Below, piece after piece: positions 50,680 to 62,149 of a DNA stretch of 64,000 bases; positions within the stretch are counted from its first letter, which is position 1, and every line of letters begins with the position of its first letter. A model generated the notes under the pieces. That model was not told the DNA's origin. It searched no databases and saw only the letters and a program-made list of their open reading frames with translations. The position numbers and the translations under genes were made by a program. Source of the stretch: Mobula hypostoma. Lineage: Eukaryota. Location of the stretch: NCBI RefSeq assembly GCF_963921235.1, contig NC_086097.1, forward strand, positions 3,534,001 to 3,598,000. Direction: 5' to 3'.

Positions 50680-53517
50680 CAGAGCGAGAAGGCTGCGAGT
50701 GAACGGCTAAGGATTTCTGGATCAGTAATTCGAGCTATGATGTGGTGGCCATTACAGAGACTTGGATGGCTTAGGGACAGGAATGGTTACTTCAAGTGCC
50801 AGGTTTTAGATGTTTCAGAAAGGACAGGGAGGGAGGCAAAAGAGGTGGGGGTGTGGCACTATTGATCAGAGATAGTGTCATGGCTGCAGAAAAGGTGGAC
50901 ATCATGGAGGGATTGTCTACAGAGTCTCTGTGGGTGGAGGTTAGGAAATGGAAGGGGTCAATAACTTTGCTGGGTGTTTTTATAGGCTGCCCAATAGTAA
51001 CAGGGATATCGAGCAGCAGATAGGGAAACAGATTCTGGAAAGGTGTAATAATAACAGAGTTGTCATGGTGGGAGATTTTAATTTCCCAAATATCGATTGG
51101 CACCTCCCTAGAGCAAGGGGTTTAGATGGGGTGGAGTTTGCGAGGTGTGTTCAGGAAGGTTTCTTGACACAATAGGTAGATAAGCCTACAGGTGGAGAGA
51201 CTGTACTTGATTTGGTATTGGGAAATGAACCTGGTTGGGTGTCAGATCTCTCAGTGGGAGAGCATTTTGGAGACAGTGATCATAATTCTACCTCCTTTAC
51301 AATAGCATTGGAGAGAGATAGGAACAAACGATTTAGAAAAGCGTTTAATTGGAGTAAGGGGAATTATGAGGCTATCAGGCAGGAAATTGGAAGCTTAAAT
51401 TGGAAACAGATGTTCTCAGGGAAAAGTACGGAAGAAATGTGGCAAATGTTCAGGGGTTATTTGTGTAAAGTTCTGCATAGGTACATTCCGATGAGACAGG
51501 GAAGTTATGGTAGGGTACAGGAACCATGGTGTACAAAGGCTGTAATAAATCTAGTCAAGAAGAAAAGGAAAGCTTACAAAAGGTTCAGAGAGTTAGGTAA
51601 TGTTAGAGATCCAGAAAATGTTAAGGCTAACAGGAAGGATCTTATAAGGAAATTAGGAGAGCCAGAAGGTGCCATGAGAAGGCCTTGGCAGGCAAGATGA
51701 AGGAAAATCCCAAGACATTCCACAAGTATGTGAAGAGCAAGAGGATAATACGTGAAAGAATAGGACCTATCAAGTGTGACAGTGGGAAAGTGCGTATGGA
51801 ACCGGAGGAAATAGCAGTACTTAATGAATGCTTTACTTCAGTATTCACTACAGAAAAGGATCTTGGTGATTGTAGTGATGACCTGCAGCAGACTGAAAAG
51901 CTGGAGCATATAGATATTAAGAAGGAGGATGTGCTGGAGCTTTTGGAAAGCATCAAGTTAGATAAGTCGCCGGGAGCGAATGAGATGTACCCCAGGCTAC
52001 CGTGGGAGGCGAGGGAGGAGATTGCTGAGCCACTGGCGATGATCTTTGCATCATCAATGGGGACAGGAAAGGTTCCAGAGGATTGGAGGGTTGCGGATGT
52101 TATTGCTTTATTCAAGAAAGGGAGTTAGTCCAGGAAATTATAGACCAGTGAGTCTTACTTCAGTGGTTGGTAAGTTGATGGAAAAGCTCCTGAGAGGCAG
52201 GATTTATGAATATTTGGAGAGGTATAATATGATTCAGAATAGTCAGCATGGCTTTGTCAAGGGCAGGTTGTGCCTTATGAGCCTGAGTGAATTTTTTGAG
52301 GATGTGACTAAACACTTTGATGAAGGAAGAGCAGTAGATGTAGTGTATATGGATTTCAGCAAGGCATTTGATAAGGTACCCCATGCAAGGCTTATTGAGA
52401 AGGTAAGGAGGCATGGGATCCAAGGGGACATTGCTTTGTGGATCCAGAACTGGCTTGCCCACAGAAGGCAAAGAATGGTTGTAGACGGGTCATATTCTGC
52501 ACGGAGGTTGGTCACTAGCGGAGTGCCTCAGGGATCTGTTCTGGGACCCTTACTCTTCGTGATTTTTATAAATGACCTGGATGAGGAAGTGGAGGGATGG
52601 GTTAGTAAGTTTGCTGATGACACAAAGGTTGGGGGTGTTATGGATAGTGTGGAGGGCTGTCAGAGGTTACAGCAGGACATTGATAGGATGCAAAACTGGG
52701 CTGAGAAGTGGCAGATGGGGTTCAACCCAGATAAGTGTGAAGTGGTTCATTTTGGTAGGTCAAATATGATAGCAGAATATAGTATTACTCGTAATACTCT
52801 TGGCAGTGTGGAGGATCAGAGGGATCTTGGGGTCCGAGTGCATAGGACGCTCAAAGCAGCTGCACAGGTTGAGTCTGTGGTTAAGAAGGTATATGGTTTA
52901 TTAGCCTTCATTAATCGTGGAGTTAAATTTAGGAACCGAGAGGTAATGTTCAGCTATACAGGACCCTGGTCAGACCCCACTTGGAGTACTGTGCTCAGTT
53001 CTGGTCGCCTCACTACAGGAAGGATGTGGAAACCATAGAAAGGGTGCAGAGGAGATTTGCAAGGATGTTGCCTGGATTGGGGAGCATGCCCCTTATGAAA
53101 ACAGGTTGAGTGAACTCGGCCTTTTCTCCGTGGAGCGACAGAGGATGAGAGGTGACCTGATAGAGGTGTATAAGATGATGAGAGGCATTGATCGTGTGGA
53201 TAGTCAGAGGCTTTTTCCCAGGGCTGAAATGGTTACAAGAGGACGCAGGTTTAAGGTGCTTGGGAGTAGGTACAGAGGAGATGTCAGGGGTAAGTTTTTT
53301 ACTTAGAGAGTGGCGAATGTGTGGAATGGGCTGCCGGCAATGGTGGTGGAGGTGGATACGATAGGGTCTTTTAAGAGACTTTTGGATAGGTACATGGAGC
53401 TTAGAAAAATAGAGGGCTATGGGTAAGCCTAGTAATTTCTAAGGTAGGGACATGTTCAGCACAACTTTGTGGGTCGAAGGGCCTGTATTGTGCTGTAAGT
53501 TTTCTATGTTTCTATGT
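50680..53517 (+). mobile_element. CR1 LINE ORF2 (endonuclease + RT) and 3' UTR, young subfamily
   Basis: GFRCFRKDREGGKRGGGVALLI, GDFNFPNIDW, GDSDHNS, 330-aa RT ORF 52046-53038. Confidence 0.97.
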
Positions 53518-53519
53518 TT

Positions 53520-53850
53520 AACAGTGAAGTGCCCCTCTTCTATTTACTGAGGTTATTGACTGCCATTGTAATTGTAAGTGTGTATATCGCCCCTGTGCTA
53601 ATGTGTGAAGCACTGTGTGAGCTCTGTGGCACCGTCAGTGAACTGCAAAGCACACACACTGGTTTCATTACTGTTGACCTCAACCAAACTAACTTGAAAA
53701 CAGCCCTGCCTAAATTTTATCAGCATATTGACTTTGCTACCAGAAGTGAGATCACATGAGACCTGATTGATACAATCGTCCTTGATGCATACAATGCTGT
53801 CCCCCATTCCTCCCTTGGATACTCGGTACACTTGTCTATTACACTAATTC
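53520..53850 (+). mobile_element. Rex1/Babar endonuclease fragment
   Basis: VSVYIAP, VDLNQTNLKTALPKFYQHIDFATR. Confidence 0.75.
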
Positions 53851-54015
53851 CTGGTTATTGACCTATTTCTGGTTAATTGAATCCATTGCCTGTATCTTTT
53901 CTGAGGCTTCTCTTAAAGAATACGGTGGCATTGGAAGAAAGTGAAAGGGCACAATTCTCAGGATGGATTTGATTTCTGGCCTATCGTCACTTTGTATTTC
54001 TTTTGCTTTACTGTT

Positions 54016-54160
54016 CTTCTCCGTGGATTGTCACCTTGTCGCGGTGGAGAAGCTTGTGTGGTCCTGTGATCCCGAGAGCGATGCCGTCTGGAGCCATGCT
54101 CCTGGTAGGGTCACCCATGGTGGTAAGGTCGAGGGTGAGGTCCCTGACAAAGAACAATCC
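54016..54160 (+). ncRNA. Candidate HDV-like (double pseudoknot) self-cleaving ribozyme
   Basis: P1 CTTCTCC/GGAGAAG, P2 GGATTGT/ACAATCC, P3 ACC/GGT, L3 TTGTCGC and J4/2 CAAAGA, in HDV topological order. P1 starts at the element's 5' end. Confidence 0.6.
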
Positions 54161-54433
54161 AACCAAGACCTCAACGGTGGAACAGGCGGACGAAGTTACT
54201 TCGAACTCAATGGCTGTGAAGGCGGATGAAGGCTGCAACAAATCTATCAGCTCTAATCGTCGTGGTTTCCATGCCATTGGAATCAGTTGGTTGATTTGTG
54301 AAGTATCGTGTGCTTCTTGGAGTGCAACATCAAGTACACGTTAAACAAATACACGCACAGGCATCTTTGCTCTGTGGGCCACTTCTTCAGAACAAAGACC
54401 ATCCTCGACCTCGAGGGATAGCCACGATGATGA
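54016..54433 (+). mobile_element. Full-length bipartite non-autonomous RTE-derived retroposon (family A)
   Basis: RTE-type 5' UTR (CACCTTGTCGCGGTGGAG..GGTAGGGTCACCCATGG..CTGACAAAG) plus RTE 3' tail and (GAT)n; TSD GCTTTA(C/G)TGTT at 54005-54015 and 54436-54446. Confidence 0.9.
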
Positions 54434-54469
54434 GGGCTTTAGTGTTACTTTAGTGTGAGAAATAAACTT

Positions 54470-55280
54470 GAAGGCCAAGTATATTTCAAGGAAAGGTTGA
54501 TAGGTTCTTGATTAGTAAGGCTGTTAAAAGTTATGGGGAGAAGGCAAGAAATGGGGCTCGGAGGGATAATGAATTAGTTGAGGCATTGAGTTCAAAAGTT
54601 AGGAGGTTATGTTGCAACTTTATAAAACTCTGGTTAGGCCACATCTGGAGTATTGCATACAGTGCTGGTCACCTCATTATAGGAAGGATGTTGAGGCTTT
54701 GGAGAGAGTACAGAAGAGGTTCACCAGGGTGCTGCCTGGTTCAGAGGGCATGAGCTATCATGAGAGGCTGGACAAACTTGGGCTGTTTTCCCTGGAGTGG
54801 CGGAGACTGAGGGGAGATCTGATAGAGGTTTCTAAGATTATGAGAGGCACAGATAGAGTGGATAGAGAGTATCTGTTTCCCAGAGTTGAAACGCCTAATA
54901 CCAGACGGTTTGCATTGAAGGTGAGAGGGGATAGGTTCAAAGGGTTATGTTTTTTCTCAGAGAGTTGTGGACACCTGGAATGCGCTGCCTGGTATGATGG
55001 TAGAAGCAAATACATCGGAGGCTTTTAAGAGACGTTTGGATAGACACATGGATGTAAGGAAGATGGAGGGATATGGACATGGTGTAGGTGGGAGGGTTGT
55101 AGGTGTTTGAGTGTTTTTGATTTGCTTTTTAGCTGGTTCGGCATAGCACTGTGGGCCGAATGGCCTCTTCCTGTGCTGTACTATTCTGTGTTCTATGTTC
55201 TCAAATCAGCCATGGTGGAAAGAAGAAACAGACTTGATGGGCCAAATAGCCTAATTCTGCTCCTAAGTCTTATGGTCTAA
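54470..55280 (+). mobile_element. Two nested CR1 3' ends (inner copy ~54577-55201)
   Basis: ORF 54609-55028: LVRPHLEYCIQCWSPHYRKD; the outer 3' UTR resumes at ~55202. Confidence 0.88.
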
Positions 55281-56039
55281 ACTGAAAGATTAAATGGCAA
55301 AGTGCAATTGACCTATTAGTTATAATCAGAGACACAGCTGTTGGGCTGTTTTCATGGAAAGTATTTAAGAGGTAAAGATTTCTAATCAGCAATCTTCTCC
55401 ATGGAACTCCTCCTTTGATCCACATCGCTAAACCTTTCTAGTTCTGTTGAACGGTCATTGAGTTGAACTGTTCACTCCATTACACAATCTGAGCCTGATC
55501 AATATTCACAATATTCTTTTACTTTATTTGACATAAGTTTGCTTGATTTATTTCAGATGCAGAATGTTAAACCAGGTGCAGACCGGATGTTACCACTGGA
55601 AGGTAGAATCGAAACGATATCTGGTAAATCTTCACTGCGGCGTCTGTGTATGTGAGTCTCGGGGGACTGATTTCAGTATTTCTCTAAACTCACAGCATTC
55701 AGCCACTAATTGAGATCTCTCTTCAAACACTTCTACAGAATTCTCTTGAGATGTAATAATGGTTTCCGTCTTGAGTGACAGTTGTAGCTGATGGCAAAAA
55801 AACATTTTTCCCCAATAGTTTGAAAAGAAACAGAAAGTAAATGGATTATGCAGGAAGGGAATATAAATATAATAGCTTTTCAAAGGCATCATAAAATTTC
55901 CTGCACAAAATTAAATTCTGGATAAACTCAGTCAATTAGCACATATTATGGAAAAAGCAATGGGTGACTTACTGGACACGGAGGATGGTGGGAACCAAGG
56001 GAATCCCATATCTGTTCTCTCTGGGATGGGTGGGAAAGG

Positions 56040-56500
56040 TGAGGGAGCACACATCAGTCCTCACCGAGGGGTCAGCAGTGGAAGGGGTGAGCAGTTTCAA
56101 GTTCCTGGGCCCAACATATCGATGCAGTTACAAGGAAGGCCTGAGAGTAGCTGTATTTCATTAAGAATTTGAGGAGACTTGGTATACCACCAAAGACTAG
56201 TAAATTTTTACAGATGTACTATATTCTAACCGGTTGCATCACATCTGGAATGGAAGGGCCAGTGCACAGCATCCGAAATATCTGCAGAAAGTTGCAAACT
56301 CAGTCAGCTCCATGATGGGAAAAGCTTCTTCGTCTTCACCATCACATTCCTGAATGGACAATAAACCCACAAAAACCTCCTCACTATTTTGTATTTGCTC
56401 TCTTTTTTTTGCACTGCTTAATTTAAATTTATATATTGCTGCCTCAAAACAACACATTTTATGACAAACGCTGGTGATATTAAACCCGATTCTGATTCTG
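56040..56500 (+). mobile_element. Rex1/Babar fragment, internally deleted
   Basis: VEGVSSFKFLG; tail TAAACCCGATTCTGATTCTG. Confidence 0.75.
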
Positions 56501-56985
56501 GGTGAGAGCGAGCATGTGGAGGGAGTGTATCTGAGGACTCCATCGACGATGACATAGGGAAAGGCACATTTGCAGAGGCAGGAAAGCCTCATCTTGAGAA
56601 CAGCTCTGGGTAAAGATGGAGAAGCTGAGAAAAACTATCTCCTGAAAAATCCTTTCAGGAGATAAGGTGCACTGAATTAACTTGATCATCAAATTTCCTT
56701 GTTGTTTTCCTTTCCCTCTCCATCAGGTCCATCCTAATTCTCTCTTCTTTCATTGACTTTGCCATTCTTTTCCCTGACTATAAGATGTTTCTCTCCCTCC
56801 CTGTTTCTATCTGCACAAGACCTGAATTTCTCTTCTGTTGGTTCAATTTCACTCCCCCTTCCCCCTTCCTTACCTAGCACCGTCTTCCCATCATGCCACC
56901 CATCCCATGCCAGACTCTGCCTCTACGCTCTCTCTTCACTGCCTGACCACTCACCCCCCCCGACCCCACCCAGCTCTATCTACCT

Positions 56986-57225
56986 GGGAGGGGCGTAGTG
57001 GTTGGAGCAACACTTTACAGTACCAGCAACCTGAGTTCAATTCCCGCTGCTGCCTGCGAGGAGTTTTATGTACTCCCCGTGACCATGTGGGTTTCCTCCC
57101 ACAGTCCAAAGACGTAGGTTAATTGGTCATTGTAAATTATGCTGTGATTAGGCTCGGGTGAAATAGGTTGCTGGGCAGCCTGGCTCGAAGGGCTGGAAAG
57201 GCCTGTTTTGCACTGTATCTAAACA
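56986..57225 (+). mobile_element. V-SINE (HE1-like)
   Basis: B box GAGTTCAATTCC, V-domain GGTTTCCTCCCACAGTCCAAAGACGT, CR1-like tail. Confidence 0.88.
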
Positions 57226-58039
57226 GACAATCTTCCCCCACCCTTCACCCCTCATCCCTCCCTTACCTGCTTCCACCTTTGAGAAGTTTGGCTAAGTACA
57301 TGGATAGTAGGCATAAGGATGGCTATGGCCTGTGTGCAGGTTGATGGGATTTGGCAGATTAAATGGGCCAGCACAGACTAGATGGGCTGAATGGATGTTT
57401 CTGTGCTGTGCATTTCTATGAATCTACCCACCTGCAGGCCAGACACTGCCTTTATCCTCTCCCTTCTCTGCCCATCCCTTCCCTCTACCCAGTTCCATCT
57501 GTCAATCTTGCCAATGAACCAGTAAACCAGGCTTGTAATCTTCTACATGTAGGTACTGAATGCATACTAAAACTTAGCAGAACTTTAAGCATTTCTTTAG
57601 AAGAAAATATTGTAAACCTGGTCTTCCAGCATTCATAATAGATCTGATAGGTGGTGGACACCCGCCTCTCCCAATCTCTCCAGCTTCCTCTTAACTTGTT
57701 CACGTTAAATTTCAATACAGTTTTAAACACCATCCTTCTTTAAACAGCTGTCCACACATATTCAACTTGTTGGGCCTCTCTATATTTAGTTTCATTCTTA
57801 TCTAGTAGTAGCCAGAGAACCTCCTACATTGTTTTATCCACTCGAAATTCTGTTGTTCTCTAGGGACCCACCCTTGGCTCACTTCTATTTGCACTATTTC
57901 CCTGGCAAAGGTATCTGATCTGAAGAAACAGTGTTGGTTTCAAATGTACTTGTTGACATCCGGATCTACCACTCTGCTGCCTCTGTAAAATCAAACTGTT
58001 GCCCAACATCAGGGCCTAATTAAGTACTAATTGCGTAAA

Positions 58040-58455
58040 GACTAGTTGCTATTGTCTGCAAGTCAATGCCTGATACCTGGTCCTACCACGACCAATAGCA
58101 GGGAAGCAGCACAGACTCATTTGTTGCGAGGACCAGACCCTCATGCCTGGGATTTGCCTGTTAAAGGAAGGAGATTCTGGAGGCAGGAGTGGCAGGCACA
58201 CTGGAACCCATGCTGGGTGGGGCACTGGCACCCGATGGTGCTGCTCCCAGAAGTTCACTCCTTGGAAGACAAGCCGGATAGACTGGCTGGCCCAGTGTGA
58301 CAGAAGCTGATCTGCCCTCACCTGCTGAACGAGCACAAGATGACAAACTGTCACAAACTTGTTGCAGAAACGTGGCTCCAGGACAACATCCCATGTCCCG
58401 ATCTTCAGGCCACGACACTCACGAACTTGTGCTAAAATTATCTTTTGTGACTGCA
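58040..58455 (+). mobile_element. Rex1-derived 5'/endonuclease N-terminal fragment
   Basis: PMVLLPEVHSLEDKPD and VAETWLQDNIP resemble the Rex1 ORF start. Confidence 0.55.
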
Positions 58456-58924
58456 TGAGGGAACTCAGCAGGGCAGGGCTCCCTCTGTGGAGAGGAACAA
58501 ACAGTCAGAGCTCTGGCAGTTGTTGTCCATCCTTATCTGGCCTGTAGAAAGTAGTAACCTTGTGAATTCAATAGCTCAATGTTTCAATGGTTCCATTTAA
58601 TATCAGGGAATATATATAGCATACAACCTGAGATTCATACTCTTCTCAGACATCCACAAAACAGAAGGAAACCCCAAACAACGATTGACAGAAAAAACAT
58701 TGGAACCCCAAAGACACCTCCCCTCTACCCATGCACAAGCAGCAGCAAAACATCAAACTCCCCCTCCCGCTCCCCCCAGGAATCATCTGTGCCCAGAACC
58801 CACCAAATAATCCATAGCGAAGTGATTTATGCAGTATTATTGAGGAAGAAGCTTCAGGAATGCAACTCAATGACAATAAAGGAAAGACAAAGTAGCTCTA
58901 AACATAAATATAATTCTAATCCAG

Positions 58925-59245
58925 AGCAACACACACACCAAACACTGGGCCATCTCAGCAGCTCAGGCAGTCCCTATGGAAACAGTCAACATTTCAGGCT
59001 GAGACCCTTTATCTGGACTGTGTGGGATAGGGGGTGGAAGGAGCCAGAATAAGAAGGTGGGGAGGGAAAGGAGGACAAGCTTGAAGGTGATAGGTGAAGC
59101 CAGGTGGGGGAGGGAGGGATGCAGTAAGAAGCTGGGAGGTGATTGGTGGGAAAGGTAAAGAGCTGTAGAAGAAGAAATCTGATAGGAGAGGAGTGTGGAC
59201 CATGGGAGGAAGCTTGTAGGCAGGTAAGGAGATGAGAAGAATTAG
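58925..59245 (-). mobile_element. Penelope-like terminal repeat with decayed hammerhead
   Basis: Minus strand CAGTC-CAGATAA-AGGGTCTCAGCCT-GAAATGTT-GACTG; homologous to 19330-19640. Confidence 0.8.
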
Positions 59246-60081
59246 AGGGTTCAATTTACCTGATGCATTTATTAAAATGAGATGTATTGGATTGAGGGTT
59301 AATTTCAAGCACCGGTTTAAAAGGTGCTCATGATTTGAAGAGATATTTTCTATTTCCACAGCCCTTGCCCTAGGAATGTGAACTACATTCCCAAAGCATA
59401 TCAAGAGACATTCTGAGGAGCTGCCGAGGCTTCAGTACCTGTCTGGAAATATTTATTTTGTAAATCATCTGAGGACTTCACTTCTGGTAAGATGATGGCA
59501 TGTTTGAATGCAGCCGCTTCTACAGGCCAACCGTAAGTGTTATTGTCTCTTTAATTTTTTTTATGATCACAAACACTGCTGCACATTAAGAACTTGAAGT
59601 ACAGTGTGTCTACCCCATCAGTGAGTTGCTTGTTGGTGGAGAAACTGAAGGACTTGTTGACAGTGCTGCTGCCTGCGGCAGAGAGGCAGCGTCGGTGTGA
59701 AAGAAACAGTCTTGGTCGCTCTTCTTGTGATGCAGGAATCCGGTGGACATTATTAACGTGGAATGCTGCAAGTCTGACTCACTGATTTGTTGGCGAACAG
59801 CATGGCTGACTGGGGGAAAAGCTGCATAGCCAAAGTTGTGGTGAAGACGAAGCCTCAGCTGGAGTGTTGCCTGTTTGGGCTGCCCGTGTGGAGGCATCGG
59901 AGTGCCAGGAAGAGAGTGGCACGGCGTACGTGCTGAGATCACTGCTGCTCTGAAACGCCCACTCCAGCTTGAAGACAGGAAGCTGACTGGGACTATTTTG
60001 GGCACCTTATCTGCGAAAGGGTGTGCTGACACTGGAGGTAGTTCAAAGAAGATTCACAAAAATGATTCCACGATTGAATAG

Positions 60082-60255
60082 CTTTCCTCCAGGTGCTCCA
60101 GTTTCCTCACACGTTCTAAAGATGAACCAGTTAGCAGGTTAATTGGTCATTGTAAGTTGTCCTGTGATTAGACTAGGGTTGAATAGGTGGGTTGCTAGGG
60201 CGGCCTGGCTTGGTGGGCCGGAAGAGCCTGTTAGCGCTGTATCGCCAAATAAAAT
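60082..60255 (+). mobile_element. V-SINE 3' part
   Basis: TGCTCCAGTTTCCTCACACGTTCTAAAGA core and tail. Confidence 0.8.
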
Positions 60256-60704
60256 TCAGTAAATTAAGAGTTTTCACCTTCAGCAAAGGCAAGTGGAGTT
60301 TATTTAATAGCAGACTGTCCTCCATGCAACAAAGCAGGTGAAATGATAAATAGTACAAAGAAACAAATCAGATATCTCGTAACTAAATCTTGTTTCCCAT
60401 GAGACAGTCCAACAACACTGATCTTTATAATGATGGTAGGAGGCATGCTATTGCCCGACTGTCTGCTGTGGAATTGTCTTGTCTCCACCAGTCTAACGGT
60501 GAGCAATTACTCATTTCATGTTCCAGCATATGTGGCAGTGATTTTGTTATTTTTTAAGGTGATTGATCAGTTTCTAAAAATAAATGATTCTGAAATATTT
60601 ACTAAAAGGTCTGTTATTAAATAAACTCCACTTGTCCCAGAATTCATTGGAGTAAAATCTGTCTCTCCTGTTATATCTGAACTGATGCATCCTGTTAACG
60701 AAAT

Positions 60705-61998
60705 CTCCCCCAAAGTTAAATCAAGTGGCATTTCAGATGAGCTCAATACCTTCTGTGTTCGCTTTGACCACCAGAACCATTGCGCACCCCCCACATCTCC
60801 CGATGATCCTTTGCTCTTAGTATCTGAAGCTGATGTGTGTTCTACCTTTAAGAGGGTGAATCCAAGGAAAGCATCCCATTCGGACGGGGTACCCGGCCGA
60901 GTTCTAAAGAACTCTGCTGACCAACTGGCCTGTGTGTTCACTGAGATCTTTAACTCTCACTCAGCAGCATGTGGTACCCACCTGCTTCAAGCAGGCTTCA
61001 ATCACCCTGCTACTCAAGCAGAGCATGATAACCTGTCTATGGCCCAGTGGCACTTACATCCACAGTGAAGTGTTTGGAGAAGCTGGTGTTGAAACATATC
61101 AGCTCCTGTCTCCAGTTTGCCTACCGGAGCAACGGGTCTACAGCAGACGCTATCTCATTGGCTCAACACGCGACCCTGGAACACCCAGAGGACCAGAGAT
61201 GGAGTGGGTCAGTAACTTTAAATTCCTGGATGTCACTATCTCAAAGAACCTGTCCTGGACCCATCATATAAATGTCATTGCAAAGAAAGCACGACAGCGT
61301 TTCTATTTACTTAAAAGGCTGCGGAGATTCAGCATGACATCAAAATCCTAGCAAACTTCTTTGGTATGTAGTGGAGAGTATATTGACGGGTTGTACCACA
61401 GCCTGGTGTGGGAACACCAATGCCTTTGAATGGAAAATCCTACAAACGGTAGTGGATTCGTCCCAGTACATCATGGGTAAAGCCCTCCCAACCATTGAGC
61501 ACATCTACATGAAACGTTGCTGCAGAAAAGCAGCATCCATCATCAAAGGTCCTCACCACCCAGGCCATGCTCTTCTCTCGTTGCTGCTGCCAACAGGCAG
61601 TAGGTACAAGAGCCTCAGGACTACCACAACCAGCTTTAAGAACAGTTACTATCCCTCAACTGCTGGGTTCTTGAACAAAAGAGGATAATTACACTCATAT
61701 ACTGAGATGTTCCCACAACCAATGATCTCACTTTAAGGACATTTTATCTTGTTGTTTCATGCTCTTGTTATTTTTTGCTATTTATTTATATTTGCATTTG
61801 AGCAGTTTGTCTTTTATGCTCTCGCTCTTTCATTGTTCCTGTTTACAGTTATTATCCCGTAAAGTTGCTGAGTATGTCACAGGAAAATGAACCTCAGGGT
61901 TGTATGGGGGTGACATGTATGTACTCTGATAATGCATACTCTGCATGGGGTGACACGTGTGTATTTTGATAATACATTTCACTTTGTTCTTTGACCTT
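60705..61998 (+). mobile_element. Rex1/Babar LINE with several internal deletions
   Basis: KASHSDGVPGRVLK..ADQLA.VFTEIFN, LQFAYRSNGST, ESILTGCTTAWCGN. Confidence 0.9.
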
Positions 61999-62149
61999 TA
62001 ATAAATTATACATTGGATATCTAGTATGACGGGTAAATTGCAGAGAGTCACTATGATAGCCTGTGTTACACAAAGGACATAACATAGTTAGGAATAAGAA
62101 AAATCTGAGACAACCACAAATCTATGGTTCACATAGGCCATATTATATC

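Noticed and set aside
4134..57225. tRNA genes suggested by A/B boxes
   Set aside because: All are heads of V-SINEs; no complete cloverleaf is evident.
60410..60498. Possible plus-strand exon ending in gtgagc
   Set aside because: The acceptor is weak and no frame gives a recognisable peptide.
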